A DNA stretch of 28,285 nt from Candidatus Aminicenantes bacterium (GTDB lineage: Bacteria; Acidobacteriota; Aminicenantia; Aminicenantales; Aminicenantaceae): assembly GCA_013139435.1 (NCBI GenBank), contig WTAW01000061.1, positions 1 through 28,285 on the forward strand, written 5' to 3'. Position 1 is the stretch's first letter; the number at the start of each line of letters is the position of its first letter. This document shows positions 1 through 9,114 of this stretch, piece by piece. A program made the translations under genes and the position numbers. The notes under the pieces are model-generated. The model searched no databases. It was not told the origin of the DNA and saw nothing but the letters and a program-made list of their open reading frames with translations.

Positions 1-599
1 AGACGCTCCATTAGCTGCTGAAGGTATTTATGTCCATGGATTTGGTCGCCCGCAATTTGTTTTGCAGCGAAGATCACTCTGTCCAGACACCGGATTTTCT
101 CCTCTTTTTTATATGTCTGGATAGTCCCAGGCAAAATGATATTTTTCTCGTATCGGCACTGTTGTAGGCTCTGAAGTATAACCTCACCGAGATCATTTTT
201 TGGCAGAAATCGCTCATCGGGGACGATCAGAAGACTTTTATCCTTTTCCACTTTCTCTCGCGCATACTCGAGGGCCAAAAGGGCATCTCTATCTACCAGA
301 GCGCTCTCTTTTACGGCGAATTGCGCTATCGGTATTTCGATGTTGAAAACTAACCAGGCCAACCTTTCATTGTCTAGAATATCTGTCTCACGGGAGAATG
401 TTTTTGGGCGCTCTGCGTGCTTTTTTTCGAGGATACGCTGGTCCTGGTAGGGTTTGTGTTGAGCCAGGAATGAGCAGGAGGGCGGACAGTGGATCTCCTT
501 TTCTCTCAGTTGGCCGCAGCACAGGCTGCATATGGATTGACCCAGAGCAGGGCAGTGCCTTTTTCCCTTCCTTTTGTTACATTTCACACACTTAGCCAT
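1..599 (-). CDS. Hypothetical protein with Cys-rich N-terminal putative zinc-binding domain (3' end runs off the window)
   Basis: Hand translation from ATG at 599 is open to base 1: MAKCVKCNKRKGKRHCPALGQSICSLCCGQLREKEIHCPPSCSFLAQHKPY...LQQLMER. There are 8 Cys in the first 42 aa. It is absent from the ORF track because it has no stop in the window. Confidence 0.75.
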   Translation of the reverse strand, partial: MAKCVKCNKRKGKRHCPALGQSICSLCCGQLREKEIHCPPSCSFLAQHKPYQDQRILEKKHAERPKTFSRETDILDNERLAWLVFNIEIPIAQFAVKESALVDRDALLALEYAREKVEKDKSLLIVPDERFLPKNDLGEVILQSLQQCRYEKNIILPGTIQTYKKEEKIRCLDRVIFAAKQIAGDQIHGHKYLQQLMER

Positions 600-608
600 T
601 TCTGGCTT

Positions 609-637
609 ATCATAATACAGGCATGACTTAAATGCAA
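609..637 (-). promoter_or_regulatory. Sigma70-type promoter for the Cys-rich gene
   Basis: TTGCAT (637-632), 17 nt, TATGAT (614-609) on the minus strand; ATG follows 9 nt after the -10 box. Confidence 0.55.
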
Positions 638-692
638 AACCAGTGGAAACGCACAAAGTCGGGGAAAAAGATGATATCCGAAGGAGTAGGAG

Positions 693-1445
693 TCAATCAT
701 GCGTTCTCTTCAGGAGAAATGTATCAGTTGTCAGAGTTTTTATTTTTCGACGACCGAGCAAACCTTTGAGTGCTTTCTGCGCAGCCTTTTTCTCCGCTTC
801 TTTTTTGGAATTTCCTTTGGCCTTCGCCAAGAGTTTGTTTTCTGCGAAGACTTTCACAACGAAACTCCTTTTATGGTAGGGTCCTTCTATGGTGACAGTT
901 TTATAGATGGGCGCTGTAGCATTCTTCTTCTGGAGATACTCTTGAAGAGCTGATTTGTAGTTATTCACAAAGAATTTCTTTATGTTGATCCTTTTAAACA
1001 GAGACCTCAGGAACTTGAAAACAAAATCTCTGGCAGGCTCAATCCCCCCATCGAGATAGATGGCAGCGATGACAGCTTCGTAAACTCCCGCAAGAATAGT
1101 TTTTTTCTTTCTCCCTCCGCTCTTGTCTTCCCCCTTACCTAGACGAATACACATGTCGAATTTGACTTTCCTGGCGAAGTAATCTAAAGCAGTTGTGCTT
1201 GCTGCTGCCGATTTGAGCTTTGAAAGCTCCCCCTCTGAAAGCTCAGGATAAGCGCTACAGAGGAAATCTGCAATGATCAGGCCTAGGACAGAATCCCCCA
1301 AGAATTCAAGTACCTCGTTGTCCGAGATGTCCTCTTGTTGATTTTCATAGGCATAGGAGCTATGTGTCAGTGCCTGGAGCAACAGATTTTGGTTTTTAAA
1401 TTGATATCCTATTTTCTTTTCACATTGGGCGATGTTTAGCTTCAT
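693..1445 (-). CDS. rnc: Ribonuclease III
   Basis: QALTHSSY, NEVLEFLGDSVL signature, C-terminal dsRBD (NYKSALQEYLQ...GPYHKRSF...KKEAEKKAA). Confidence 0.97.
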   Translation of the reverse strand: MKLNIAQCEKKIGYQFKNQNLLLQALTHSSYAYENQQEDISDNEVLEFLGDSVLGLIIADFLCSAYPELSEGELSKLKSAAASTTALDYFARKVKFDMCIRLGKGEDKSGGRKKKTILAGVYEAVIAAIYLDGGIEPARDFVFKFLRSLFKRINIKKFFVNNYKSALQEYLQKKNATAPIYKTVTIEGPYHKRSFVVKVFAENKLLAKAKGNSKKEAEKKAAQKALKGLLGRRKIKTLTTDTFLLKRTHD

Positions 1446-1463
1446 GTATCTTCCTTTACAATT

Positions 1464-2747
1464 TTACTCGTCAAATGGATAAACTACGTTTCCCTTAACG
1501 ATCGTTTTTACGGGGTATCCCCTCAGTTTCCATCTGTCAAAGGGACAATTCCGGCTCTTTGATTCGAATGTATTGACATCCACGATGATATCTTTGTTCA
1601 GGTCAAGAAGGGTGAGATCGCCATCTGTTCCGGCAGCGATCCTTCCTTTGTTTTTGAGCCCTAGAATCCGAGCTGGGTTGAGCGAGATCATCTCGATAAA
1701 TCTTGATAGTGTAATCGTTTGTGTGTGGACAAAGCGATCGAGGATCAGAGAAACAGCCGTTTCCATGCCGATAACACCGAAAGGCGCTTGGTCGAATTCC
1801 ACAGCCTTTTCATCCGGTGTGTGAGGGGCATGGTCTGTGGCGATAACATCGATGATGCCATCTCTCATAGCCTTGACCATTGCCTTGACGTCTGATCGGC
1901 TTCTCAAGGGAGGCTTCATTTTAAGATTGGTGTCATAATTTTTGAGAGATGCATCCTCTAATAGGAGATGATGTGGTGTCACTTCGGCTGTGACCTTGAT
2001 TTTTTTTCTCTTGGCATTCCTGATGAGTGCTGCAGCTCCCATAACACTGAGGTGTGCGATGTGGATGGGTACATCGGTCTTTTCGGAAAGGAGGATGTTG
2101 CGAGAGACCATGATCTCTTCCGAGGAGGAGGGGATTCCTTTTAAGTCAAGACGGTATGAATAGCGTCCCTCATGCATGACGCCATCGCGGCTCAGCGCTT
2201 TGTCTTCACAATGGTCGATGATCAGAGTGCCTATAAGCTTGGAATATTCGAGGGCCCGGCGCATGACCTCACTGTTAAATACAGGTTGACCATCGTCAGA
2301 AAACGCTATGGCACCGGCCTTGGTTAGATCCGCCATATCGGTAAGCTCTTCACCTTTAAGCCCTTTTGTGACTGCCGCGATGGGAAAGACGTTCACCGCC
2401 GCATTTTTTTGTGCCTCGGAAACAATGAAATCAGTCACGCCCAGGTTATCATTCACAGGAGAAGTGTTCGGCATGCAGGCGATGGACGTAAAACCTCCCT
2501 TAGCTGCTGCACGGGTACCTGTGCGGATCGTTTCTTTGTTTTCCTGTCCCGGTTCTCGGAGGTGGACATGCATGTCGATAAATCCAGGGGCGACAACAAG
2601 GTCTGTCGCATCGATGGATTTTTGAGCTTTTGTATTTATGTTTTTGTTTATTTCTGAAATTATTCCATTATCGATGAGGACGTCCAGCTGGTCGTCTGTC
2701 TGGCTAGCAGGGTCGACAACTCTACCGTTCTTAATCAATATCTTCAC
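1464..2747 (-). CDS. pyrC: Dihydroorotase (long class I type)
   Basis: PGFIDMHVHLREPG, MPNT, FSDDG, DHCED, HIAHLS, KMKPPLR, ATDHAPH; metal ligands present; follows pyrR. Confidence 0.95.
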   Translation of the reverse strand: MKILIKNGRVVDPASQTDDQLDVLIDNGIISEINKNINTKAQKSIDATDLVVAPGFIDMHVHLREPGQENKETIRTGTRAAAKGGFTSIACMPNTSPVNDNLGVTDFIVSEAQKNAAVNVFPIAAVTKGLKGEELTDMADLTKAGAIAFSDDGQPVFNSEVMRRALEYSKLIGTLIIDHCEDKALSRDGVMHEGRYSYRLDLKGIPSSSEEIMVSRNILLSEKTDVPIHIAHLSVMGAAALIRNAKRKKIKVTAEVTPHHLLLEDASLKNYDTNLKMKPPLRSRSDVKAMVKAMRDGIIDVIATDHAPHTPDEKAVEFDQAPFGVIGMETAVSLILDRFVHTQTITLSRFIEMISLNPARILGLKNKGRIAAGTDGDLTLLDLNKDIIVDVNTFESKSRNCPFDRWKLRGYPVKTIVKGNVVYPFDE

Positions 2748-2777
2748 GTTCTTTTCCTCAAGTCTAATCCCTCCCGC

Positions 2778-3332
2778 CTATTTGATCCCTCCTGGTTCTG
2801 TGATGAGGACTTCGTCTGTTTCATCGATCTCTTTAAAATGGACTTGTACGATCTCTCTCTTGGATGTGGGAAGGACTTTTCCCACATAATCCGCACGTAT
2901 GGGAAGCTCTCTGTGTCCTCGATCGATGAGGATAAGGAGCTGGATCGTTTTGGGTCTTCCCATGTCGATTAGACTGTCCATGGCTGCTCGGATTGTCCTC
3001 CCAGTGAAAAGCACATCGTCGACGAGAAGAATATCTTTTTTTGCAACAGAGAAGTCTATCTCTGTCTTTTTGATCATATGCTGGCCTTCCAATTCTGAGA
3101 AGTCATCTCGATAGAGAGTGATATCCAGAACGCCGATAGGAACGTCGACCCCCTCCTGGGTTTTGATGAGGTTGTTCACCCTTTTTGCAAGGTGGACACC
3201 CCTGGTTCTGATTCCGATGATCACCAAGTTTTTTAAATTCCGGTTCCGTTCAGTGATCTCCGTTGTCATGCGTTGGATGGATCTTTTAATTTTTCGGGCG
3301 TCCATGACCCTGGCTTTTATTTTTTCTTCCAT
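2778..3332 (-). CDS. pyrR: Bifunctional pyrimidine regulator / uracil phosphoribosyltransferase PyrR
   Basis: GIRTRGV, LDITLYRDD, LVDDVLFTGRTIRAA (PRPP motif), LIDRGHRELPIRADYVGK. Confidence 0.96.
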   Translation of the reverse strand: MEEKIKARVMDARKIKRSIQRMTTEITERNRNLKNLVIIGIRTRGVHLAKRVNNLIKTQEGVDVPIGVLDITLYRDDFSELEGQHMIKKTEIDFSVAKKDILLVDDVLFTGRTIRAAMDSLIDMGRPKTIQLLILIDRGHRELPIRADYVGKVLPTSKREIVQVHFKEIDETDEVLITEPGGIK

Positions 3333-3478
3333 GAAGCAACTCCTGGTTTGGTGATACCCTATAACTCAGCGAATCTTTGATTTGACCGCATCATGTGAGG
3401 GGTGTTTGCTTAAAAAAATGCAATATTTCCGGCAAAATGTCAATAACCTATCCTATGAGACGGGGTGAGTTTCTTTTG

Positions 3479-3527
3479 ATGTAGGGTCGGTTCCCCGAAC
3501 GGACCGTTTGGGAAACGGTCCCTACAT
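3479..3527. repeat. GTAG-type REP-like palindrome doublet
   Basis: ATGTAGGG...CCCTACAT termini. Two overlapping units: GTAG+GGTCGGTTC-CCC-GAACGGACC on + (1 mismatch) and GTAG+GGACCGTTT-CCC-AAACGGTCC on - (perfect 9-bp stem). Confidence 0.6.
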
Positions 3528-3574
3528 TCAAACCGGAAAGAGTCCTTCTGTCTGCATGTTTGCAAAAATCACCC

Positions 3575-4495
3575 TTAACGAGAAGAGAAGAAAACCTCCG
3601 CAATTTTGATATCCTTTTGGATCTGATGAGACAGTGCCTTGGGTGAATCGAAATTAATCTCATCACGGATCTTCTTCAGGAAGCGAATGTGGATTTTTTT
3701 ACCGTAAAGGTCTGCGTCGAAATTCATGATATAGGTTTCAATATTTCTGTCTTTGTGTTGGAACGTCGGACATATGCCGATATTGGTGAGGGATGGATAA
3801 TTTTTTCCGTCAAGGAGAACCTCGGAAAGGAATACGCCCTCCGGTGTGATCTCGTTTGGGGTCTGGATGTTGGCCGTAGGAAATCCGAGCGTTTTCCCTC
3901 TCGACTTCCCTTTGATGACCTCACCCTCGATCTCGTAGAACCTGCCGAGGAGGGTCGCTGCTTTTTCGATCTCTCCTTCTATGAGGAAATCGCGGATAAT
4001 GCTGCTGCTCACAACTAATCCACGCACACTAACAGGAGGGATGGACCGCACATAAAAATCGAGTTTCCGCGCGAGGTGAGTGAGCGTATCGGTGCATCCT
4101 TCCCTGTTCCTGCCGAAACAGAAGTTCTCTCCGACGATAATCTCTTGGGCTCTAAGGGGTTTGAGGACAATATTCTCTATAAAATCTTGAGCGGTCCGGC
4201 TGGCTAGGTTTTTGTCGAAGTCCAGTATGAGAGCTGTATGAATGGGGAAGCGGCCTATTTCCCTTAGCCGTTGATCCATGGATTGCAGCATGTGTATCTG
4301 CCCTTTGCCAATGATTTTCTTAGGATGTGGCGAAAAGGTCATAACCACAGGGAGAAAGCCCTTCTGTTTGGCTTCATCAGTCAGAATTTGCAAAATTTTC
4401 TGATGCCCCAAGTGGACACCATCAAAATTCCCGATGGCGACAGATGTTTTTTTTGGAAAAGACGGAAAATTTGCGATGCCCTTTATGATTTGCAT
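3575..4495 (-). CDS. ribF: Bifunctional riboflavin kinase / FAD synthetase
   Basis: AIGNFDGVHLGHQ, TFSPHP, VGENFCFG, VSSSIIR, GRTLGFPTAN-like GKTLGFPTAN, PTF, ETYIMNF. Confidence 0.96.
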   Translation of the reverse strand: MQIIKGIANFPSFPKKTSVAIGNFDGVHLGHQKILQILTDEAKQKGFLPVVMTFSPHPKKIIGKGQIHMLQSMDQRLREIGRFPIHTALILDFDKNLASRTAQDFIENIVLKPLRAQEIIVGENFCFGRNREGCTDTLTHLARKLDFYVRSIPPVSVRGLVVSSSIIRDFLIEGEIEKAATLLGRFYEIEGEVIKGKSRGKTLGFPTANIQTPNEITPEGVFLSEVLLDGKNYPSLTNIGICPTFQHKDRNIETYIMNFDADLYGKKIHIRFLKKIRDEINFDSPKALSHQIQKDIKIAEVFFSSR

Positions 4496-4499
4496 GGAT

Positions 4500-4835
4500 C
4501 TATAAGGTTATGACCTTTGCCTTTTCCATGTATGCTATTCTGAGTTGGTGAAGACATTGGTCTAAGAAGATCTCCTCATCGGATCTTAAATTGCCTTTCG
4601 TTTTTTCTTTGAGCATGTCGAGCAGATCTATCAGACGCTGTGTGAGCTTGAGGTTTTCCTCTGTGTTCTTGGCTTCAGGGTCCTCTGTTTCCCCTAGCTC
4701 GATCAAGGCCTGGGTGAAAAAAGGGAGGACTAAAGAGCTGAAATCCAGTGGCGGCAAGATCTTTTTGTCCTTTTTCTCTTTTTCCTTTTTTTCTTTTGAT
4801 TTGGGGCTTTCTTTTTTCTTGTTTTTTTCGGCCAT
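4500..4835 (-). CDS. DUF1844 family protein
   Basis: FSSLV...ALIELG...P...IDLLDMLKEKTKGNL..DE..FL...L..LRIAY pattern; Lys-rich N-terminus. Confidence 0.8.
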   Translation of the reverse strand: MAEKNKKKESPKSKEKKEKEKKDKKILPPLDFSSLVLPFFTQALIELGETEDPEAKNTEENLKLTQRLIDLLDMLKEKTKGNLRSDEEIFLDQCLHQLRIAYMEKAKVITL

Positions 4836-4964
4836 CTTCTCTCCTAACTCTCAAGATTATTTGATCGAAGGGTTGGGATTGAAATTTATTACAGTTTCAG
4901 ATAATTTGGTTACGTTGGAGAAAAATTCTACAACAAATCCGATATAAATTCAAGGAAGCTCAAA

Positions 4965-5753
4965 ATGGAAGAGGCAAAGCTTGCAGGCCAAAAATTCGAA
5001 CAATTGATCAAGATCCTGGATACCCTTCGGGGAGAGAATGGGTGTCCATGGGATAAAGAGCAGGATGAGCAGTCCATATCCAATTATTTCCTGGAAGAGG
5101 TTTATGAGACCCTTGATGCCATTCTTTCTGGAAATACGCCCTCTGTCGCCGAAGAACTGGGAGATGTCTTGATGGAGATTGTCTTTTTAGCGAGGATTTA
5201 CAAAGAAAAAAAGGCATTCACGATGTCAGACGTTGTGGAGAACATCAATCAGAAGATGATCCGTCGACATCCCCACGTTTTTGGCGGCAAGACGATCACC
5301 TCTTCTTCAAAGGTCTTGGATGATTGGAATCAAGGAAAACAGAGGGAGAAGAAAAGGCAGTCTTTGTTTGATGGGATCGTCAAGATGGCTCCTGCTCTCC
5401 ATTCGGCCTATCAGATCGGACTACGCGTGTCTTCCTATGGTTTTGATTGGAAAAATCCATCAGATGCTCTGGAAAAAGTCAAAGAGGAGATCTCTGAGTT
5501 GGAGAGAGCCTTGGAAATAGGGGATAAGGAACACATATTCCAAGAGATGGGTGATGTTTTTTTTGCTCTGACGAATGTCTCACGCCAGTTGGGTGTCAAT
5601 CCTGAGATTGCTATGAAGAAGGCCAATGAAAAATTCATGCTGAGGTTTGAGTCTCTTGAAAAAACTTTGGTTGAGAGAGGAAAAAGCCTCAGTCAGACCA
5701 CTCTCGAAGAGATGGACGAGATTTGGGAACAGATCAAAGATCGAGAGTCATGA
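4965..5753 (+). CDS. mazG: Nucleoside triphosphate pyrophosphohydrolase MazG (tandem-domain)
   Basis: LRGENGCPWDKEQ, EEVYE, EELGD, IRRHPHVF, GFDW, KVKEE, EMGD. Confidence 0.95.
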   Translation: MEEAKLAGQKFEQLIKILDTLRGENGCPWDKEQDEQSISNYFLEEVYETLDAILSGNTPSVAEELGDVLMEIVFLARIYKEKKAFTMSDVVENINQKMIRRHPHVFGGKTITSSSKVLDDWNQGKQREKKRQSLFDGIVKMAPALHSAYQIGLRVSSYGFDWKNPSDALEKVKEEISELERALEIGDKEHIFQEMGDVFFALTNVSRQLGVNPEIAMKKANEKFMLRFESLEKTLVERGKSLSQTTLEEMDEIWEQIKDRES

Positions 5754-5769
5754 AACGAACCTCTCCGTT

Positions 5770-6901
5770 TTAGGAATCAGGCCTATCCCGTTGGAGAAGG
5801 CTGGCTTTGATAAATTCATCTAAGTCTCCGTCCAAGACTTTGTCCACGTTGCCTGTTTCTACGTTCGTTCTGACGTCTTTGATCATGCGGTAAGGATGGA
5901 GCACATAAGACCGGATCTGATTTCCCCAGGCGATCTCACCCTTTGCGTCTTCCAGTTTTTCGAGCTTTTCGCGCTTTCGTTTCTTTTCCAGTTCATAGAG
6001 ACGGGATTTGAGCACTTTCATAGCACTGGCCTTATTTTTGTGTTGAGATCTTTCATTCTGGCACTGGACAACAATTCTAGTGGGCATATGAGTGATCCTC
6101 ACGGCTGAATCCGTGACATTTACGTGTTGGCCGCCACGGCCGGATGCTCTGTAAGTGTCGATGCGCAAGTCTTCAGGATTTATTTCGATCTCGATATCTT
6201 CTTCAATCTCTGGATATGTAAAGACCGCTGCAAATGAGGTGTGGCGTCTTTTGTTGGCATCGAAGGGCGAGATCCTGACCAATCGATGAACGCCTGATTC
6301 TTGGCTCAGGTTTCCGTAGACATAATCGCCCTTGATGCGGAGTGTCGCACTTTTCAGCCCTGCTTCCTCTCCAGGTTGGCTGTCCAATAATTCTGTTTTG
6401 TATCCCTTCCTTTCTGCGTACCTGATATACATCCGCAGGAGCATCTGGGCCCAATCTTGAGATTCGGTCCCTCCTGCACCTGGATGGATGGTGAGAATAG
6501 CATTACGAGAATCGTCGGGATCCGTAAATAGGGCTTGGAGTTCTGTCTGCTCCAATTCATTTTCAAACGATATGATTGTTTGTTTGAGGTCCTCCTGGAT
6601 GTTTTCCCCCTCTTCGACCAGTTCGAGCAGGACCTCGAGTTCTTCCTTCTTTTCGATCACTGAAGAACGCGCTTGGATATCTCGTTCCAATCGCTTCTTT
6701 TTTTGCTGGAGGAATAAAGATTTTTGTTGGTCGCTCCAGATATCGGGTTTGGTAAGTTCTTGATTTACCGCTTCGAGCTCTTTTGATTTTTGACCCAGGT
6801 CAAAGAAAACCTCGTAATTCTTCGAATTTGGCAAGCAGTGTTTTGCTTCTTTCCTGGAGTTCGGAAAGGTTCTGTTCAGGGGAGAAATCGCTATCTTTCA
6901 T
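5770..6901 (-). CDS. prfB: Peptide chain release factor 2 (376 aa, via +1 programmed frameshift)
   Basis: ORF1 runs from ATG 6901 (MKDSDFSPEQ...ELRGFL, 33 aa, GAGG RBS) to CTT TGA C. The +1 frame continues DLGQKSKE... with GGTES, SGVHRLVRISPF (SPF anticodon motif), GGQ and WGNQIRSY. The track start at 6834 is an artefact. Confidence 0.96.
6799..6813 (-). promoter_or_regulatory. prfB programmed ribosomal frameshift site
   Basis: Minus strand GAGGT TTT CTT TGA C: internal SD 3 nt upstream of the canonical CUU-UGA-C slippery site. Confidence 0.93.
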
Positions 6902-8417
6902 TTCGCCTCTTTATGACGGCAAGAATAAGGAAAAAGACCGTCAAAGTCAAGCTGATATAGGGTAAAACATCACCGTGTTTTGTGTAAATTGTGTTTGGGT
7001 GCAGGGGAGTGATGGTGTCGTACAAAAACGTCCGAGTCATCAATTCAGATCGAGAGAGGATCCTCCCATAGGGATCGATGATACCGCTGACACCTGTTGT
7101 AGCCGCTCTGAGAAGATAACGCCGATTCTCCACTGCTCTGAGCACTGCCATGGCAAAATGCTGATAAGGGGCTGAGCTTCGTCCATACCAGCCATCATTG
7201 GTGATCGTGACCAGAAAGCTAGCTCCGTTTTTAGCAAATTTGCGGACAAGGTTTGGAAATATGATCTCGTAACAGATCGGGGAGCCGAATCTGATCCTTT
7301 CATGTTCATGGAGTGTAAACTGATCTCCTGGTGTGATATCGCCGATGGCGTGGGTTATGAGCGAGATGAATGCAAACACCTTTTTGTAGGGTGTGTATTC
7401 GCCGAAAGGAACGAGATGAATTTTGTGGTATTGACTTTGGGAGAGGTCTGGTTTCAGGCAGATCGCTGTGTTGTAGTATTTTGCATCTCCCCCTATCTCG
7501 GTCTTTTCGTTTGTTCCGAGAAGCAGTGTACATCCTGTGTCCTGAACAAATTGAAACAGCCTCTCCTTGAATTCCTGGTAAATACCGAGTGAGCATCCGA
7601 AACACAGCGGTACAGTAAACTCGGGCCAAATGATCAGATCGTTATTTTTCAGGCTGGCATCGAGACTCAGCTGCAAGTGTTGGTTGAAGAGGGATTCGAT
7701 CTCCTGGAAGGACAACTGTCCCCATTGTATGTCTGAAGAGACATTCCCCTGGATGACGGCTGCGGAGAAAGAATTTTCCTGAGCCGGAATATCTTTGATG
7801 CTCACAAACCCGCTCACGTGGATGAGAAAGACCAGTGCAAGAGTTGCAAAGAAGGGAGCCTTTTTGCCCGTTTTCATCGAGAGCACAAAAAGACTCTGGA
7901 AGAGCACAAGGATAAATGAGAGACCGTAGATGCCGGTTATCGAGGCCATCTGGATAAAGTAGAGATTCTTGTACTGGCCATAACCGAGAAGGCCCCACGG
8001 GAATCCCGTTAATATGTGTGTGATGATGAGCTCAAACGAGACCCACAGGAAGGGAGCGAGGAAGAAACTCAGGATAGGGAAGGACTTATGAATCTGAGTA
8101 AAGCATAGAGAAAATGCCGCCCACGTAAGTCCGAGTACACACATGAATCCCACATAGATGAGAAGGCTGATGGGGACAGAGAGGCCTCCATAATGGGAGG
8201 GAACAGCTGGGATCCAATACAGTAGTACGGCATAATACGAAAATCCGGCCATCCAACCGAGGAGGAATCCCCGTCCTGGATTTTTTTTTGAAAGTACAAG
8301 AAAAAGGGGGATGAGGGAGATCCAGGAGAAAAAAGCCAGATTAAACTTGGGAAAGGCCAGGGCCGTGATCGCGCCGCTTAATACCACCCAAAGAACATCC
8401 CTAGTTTTGATTGTCAT
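6891..8417 (-). CDS. lnt: Apolipoprotein N-acyltransferase
   Basis: Multi-TM N-terminus, TGFPW, IIWPE, YHKIHLVPFGEY, ICYE (E-K-C triad), ITNDGW, RAVEN. Start revised to ATG 8417 (MTIKTRD); overlaps the prfB start. Confidence 0.95.
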   Translation of the reverse strand: MTIKTRDVLWVVLSGAITALAFPKFNLAFFSWISLIPLFLVLSKKNPGRGFLLGWMAGFSYYAVLLYWIPAVPSHYGGLSVPISLLIYVGFMCVLGLTWAAFSLCFTQIHKSFPILSFFLAPFLWVSFELIITHILTGFPWGLLGYGQYKNLYFIQMASITGIYGLSFILVLFQSLFVLSMKTGKKAPFFATLALVFLIHVSGFVSIKDIPAQENSFSAAVIQGNVSSDIQWGQLSFQEIESLFNQHLQLSLDASLKNNDLIIWPEFTVPLCFGCSLGIYQEFKERLFQFVQDTGCTLLLGTNEKTEIGGDAKYYNTAICLKPDLSQSQYHKIHLVPFGEYTPYKKVFAFISLITHAIGDITPGDQFTLHEHERIRFGSPICYEIIFPNLVRKFAKNGASFLVTITNDGWYGRSSAPYQHFAMAVLRAVENRRYLLRAATTGVSGIIDPYGRILSRSELMTRTFLYDTITPLHPNTIYTKHGDVLPYISLTLTVFFLILAVIKRRNER

Positions 8418-8516
8418 GAATCCATCCCTTATAACTATAGCACGCGCTTTTTCTTCGGATCGCACGGCAGAAAAAGACAGGTGGTGTGGATCAAACGGAT
8501 TGAAGATACAAGCAAC

Positions 8517-9095
8517 TCAGCGGCGCCAAATAAAATAATCAGATTTTTGCTTTCCCTGAGTTTGTGCAACCTTTCCCAACTCTTCTTCAGCCTGGACCCT
8601 TGTCTCATAACCACCTACTCGAACCTTGTAGAGCGGGTTTCTTTCAGTCGGAGTCGGGTCGAAGACCTGGGTAGGAAAGCCCTGATCCTTCAATTCCTCT
8701 GCTATCGCATAGGCGGAATCCCTGTTCTTGAATGCTCCGATCTGAATGTAATAGCCGCTACTTCTTGGAATGGGGGCAGGTTTCGTTTTGGCTTCTACTT
8801 TCACTTTCTGATGGGATGCCAATTCTTCGCGAATTATGTCTTTGGGCTGTTCTGCTGGTTTCTCTGTTTCTGTCGATTTTTCCTCGGGCTCTTCAACCGG
8901 CTTTGGCTCTTCTTCGACAACACGTTCTGTTAGAGGTTCAGAAGCGAATTGGGTGGTATCCGCAATTTGAGCCTGCTTTTTACCTACGGACACACCCAGC
9001 AAAAAGATTACGACACCCAGTGCGAGAATTGCGATAAAGATCAAAACAAGTTGAGAGCTGGAGAGCTGAAGTTCTCTGTAATCTTTATTAGTCAT
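8517..9095 (-). CDS. Membrane-anchored SPOR domain protein (DedD/FtsN-like)
   Basis: Single TM segment, acidic Pro-rich linker, C-terminal YYIQIGAF...A...L...G...YKVRVGGY SPOR pattern. Confidence 0.85.
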   Translation of the reverse strand: MTNKDYRELQLSSSQLVLIFIAILALGVVIFLLGVSVGKKQAQIADTTQFASEPLTERVVEEEPKPVEEPEEKSTETEKPAEQPKDIIREELASHQKVKVEAKTKPAPIPRSSGYYIQIGAFKNRDSAYAIAEELKDQGFPTQVFDPTPTERNPLYKVRVGGYETRVQAEEELGKVAQTQGKQKSDYFIWRR

Positions 9096-9114
9096 TTTCC
9101 TGTCTTCTTAAATT

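Noticed and set aside
3333-3478. PyrR-binding attenuator in the pyrR leader
   Set aside because: No ARUCCNGNGAGGYU-like loop and no terminator/antiterminator with a U-tract on the minus strand.
4965-5753. mazG as part of a toxin-antitoxin or abortive-infection system
   Set aside because: Housekeeping tandem-domain type among core genes, with no mazEF or defence neighbours.
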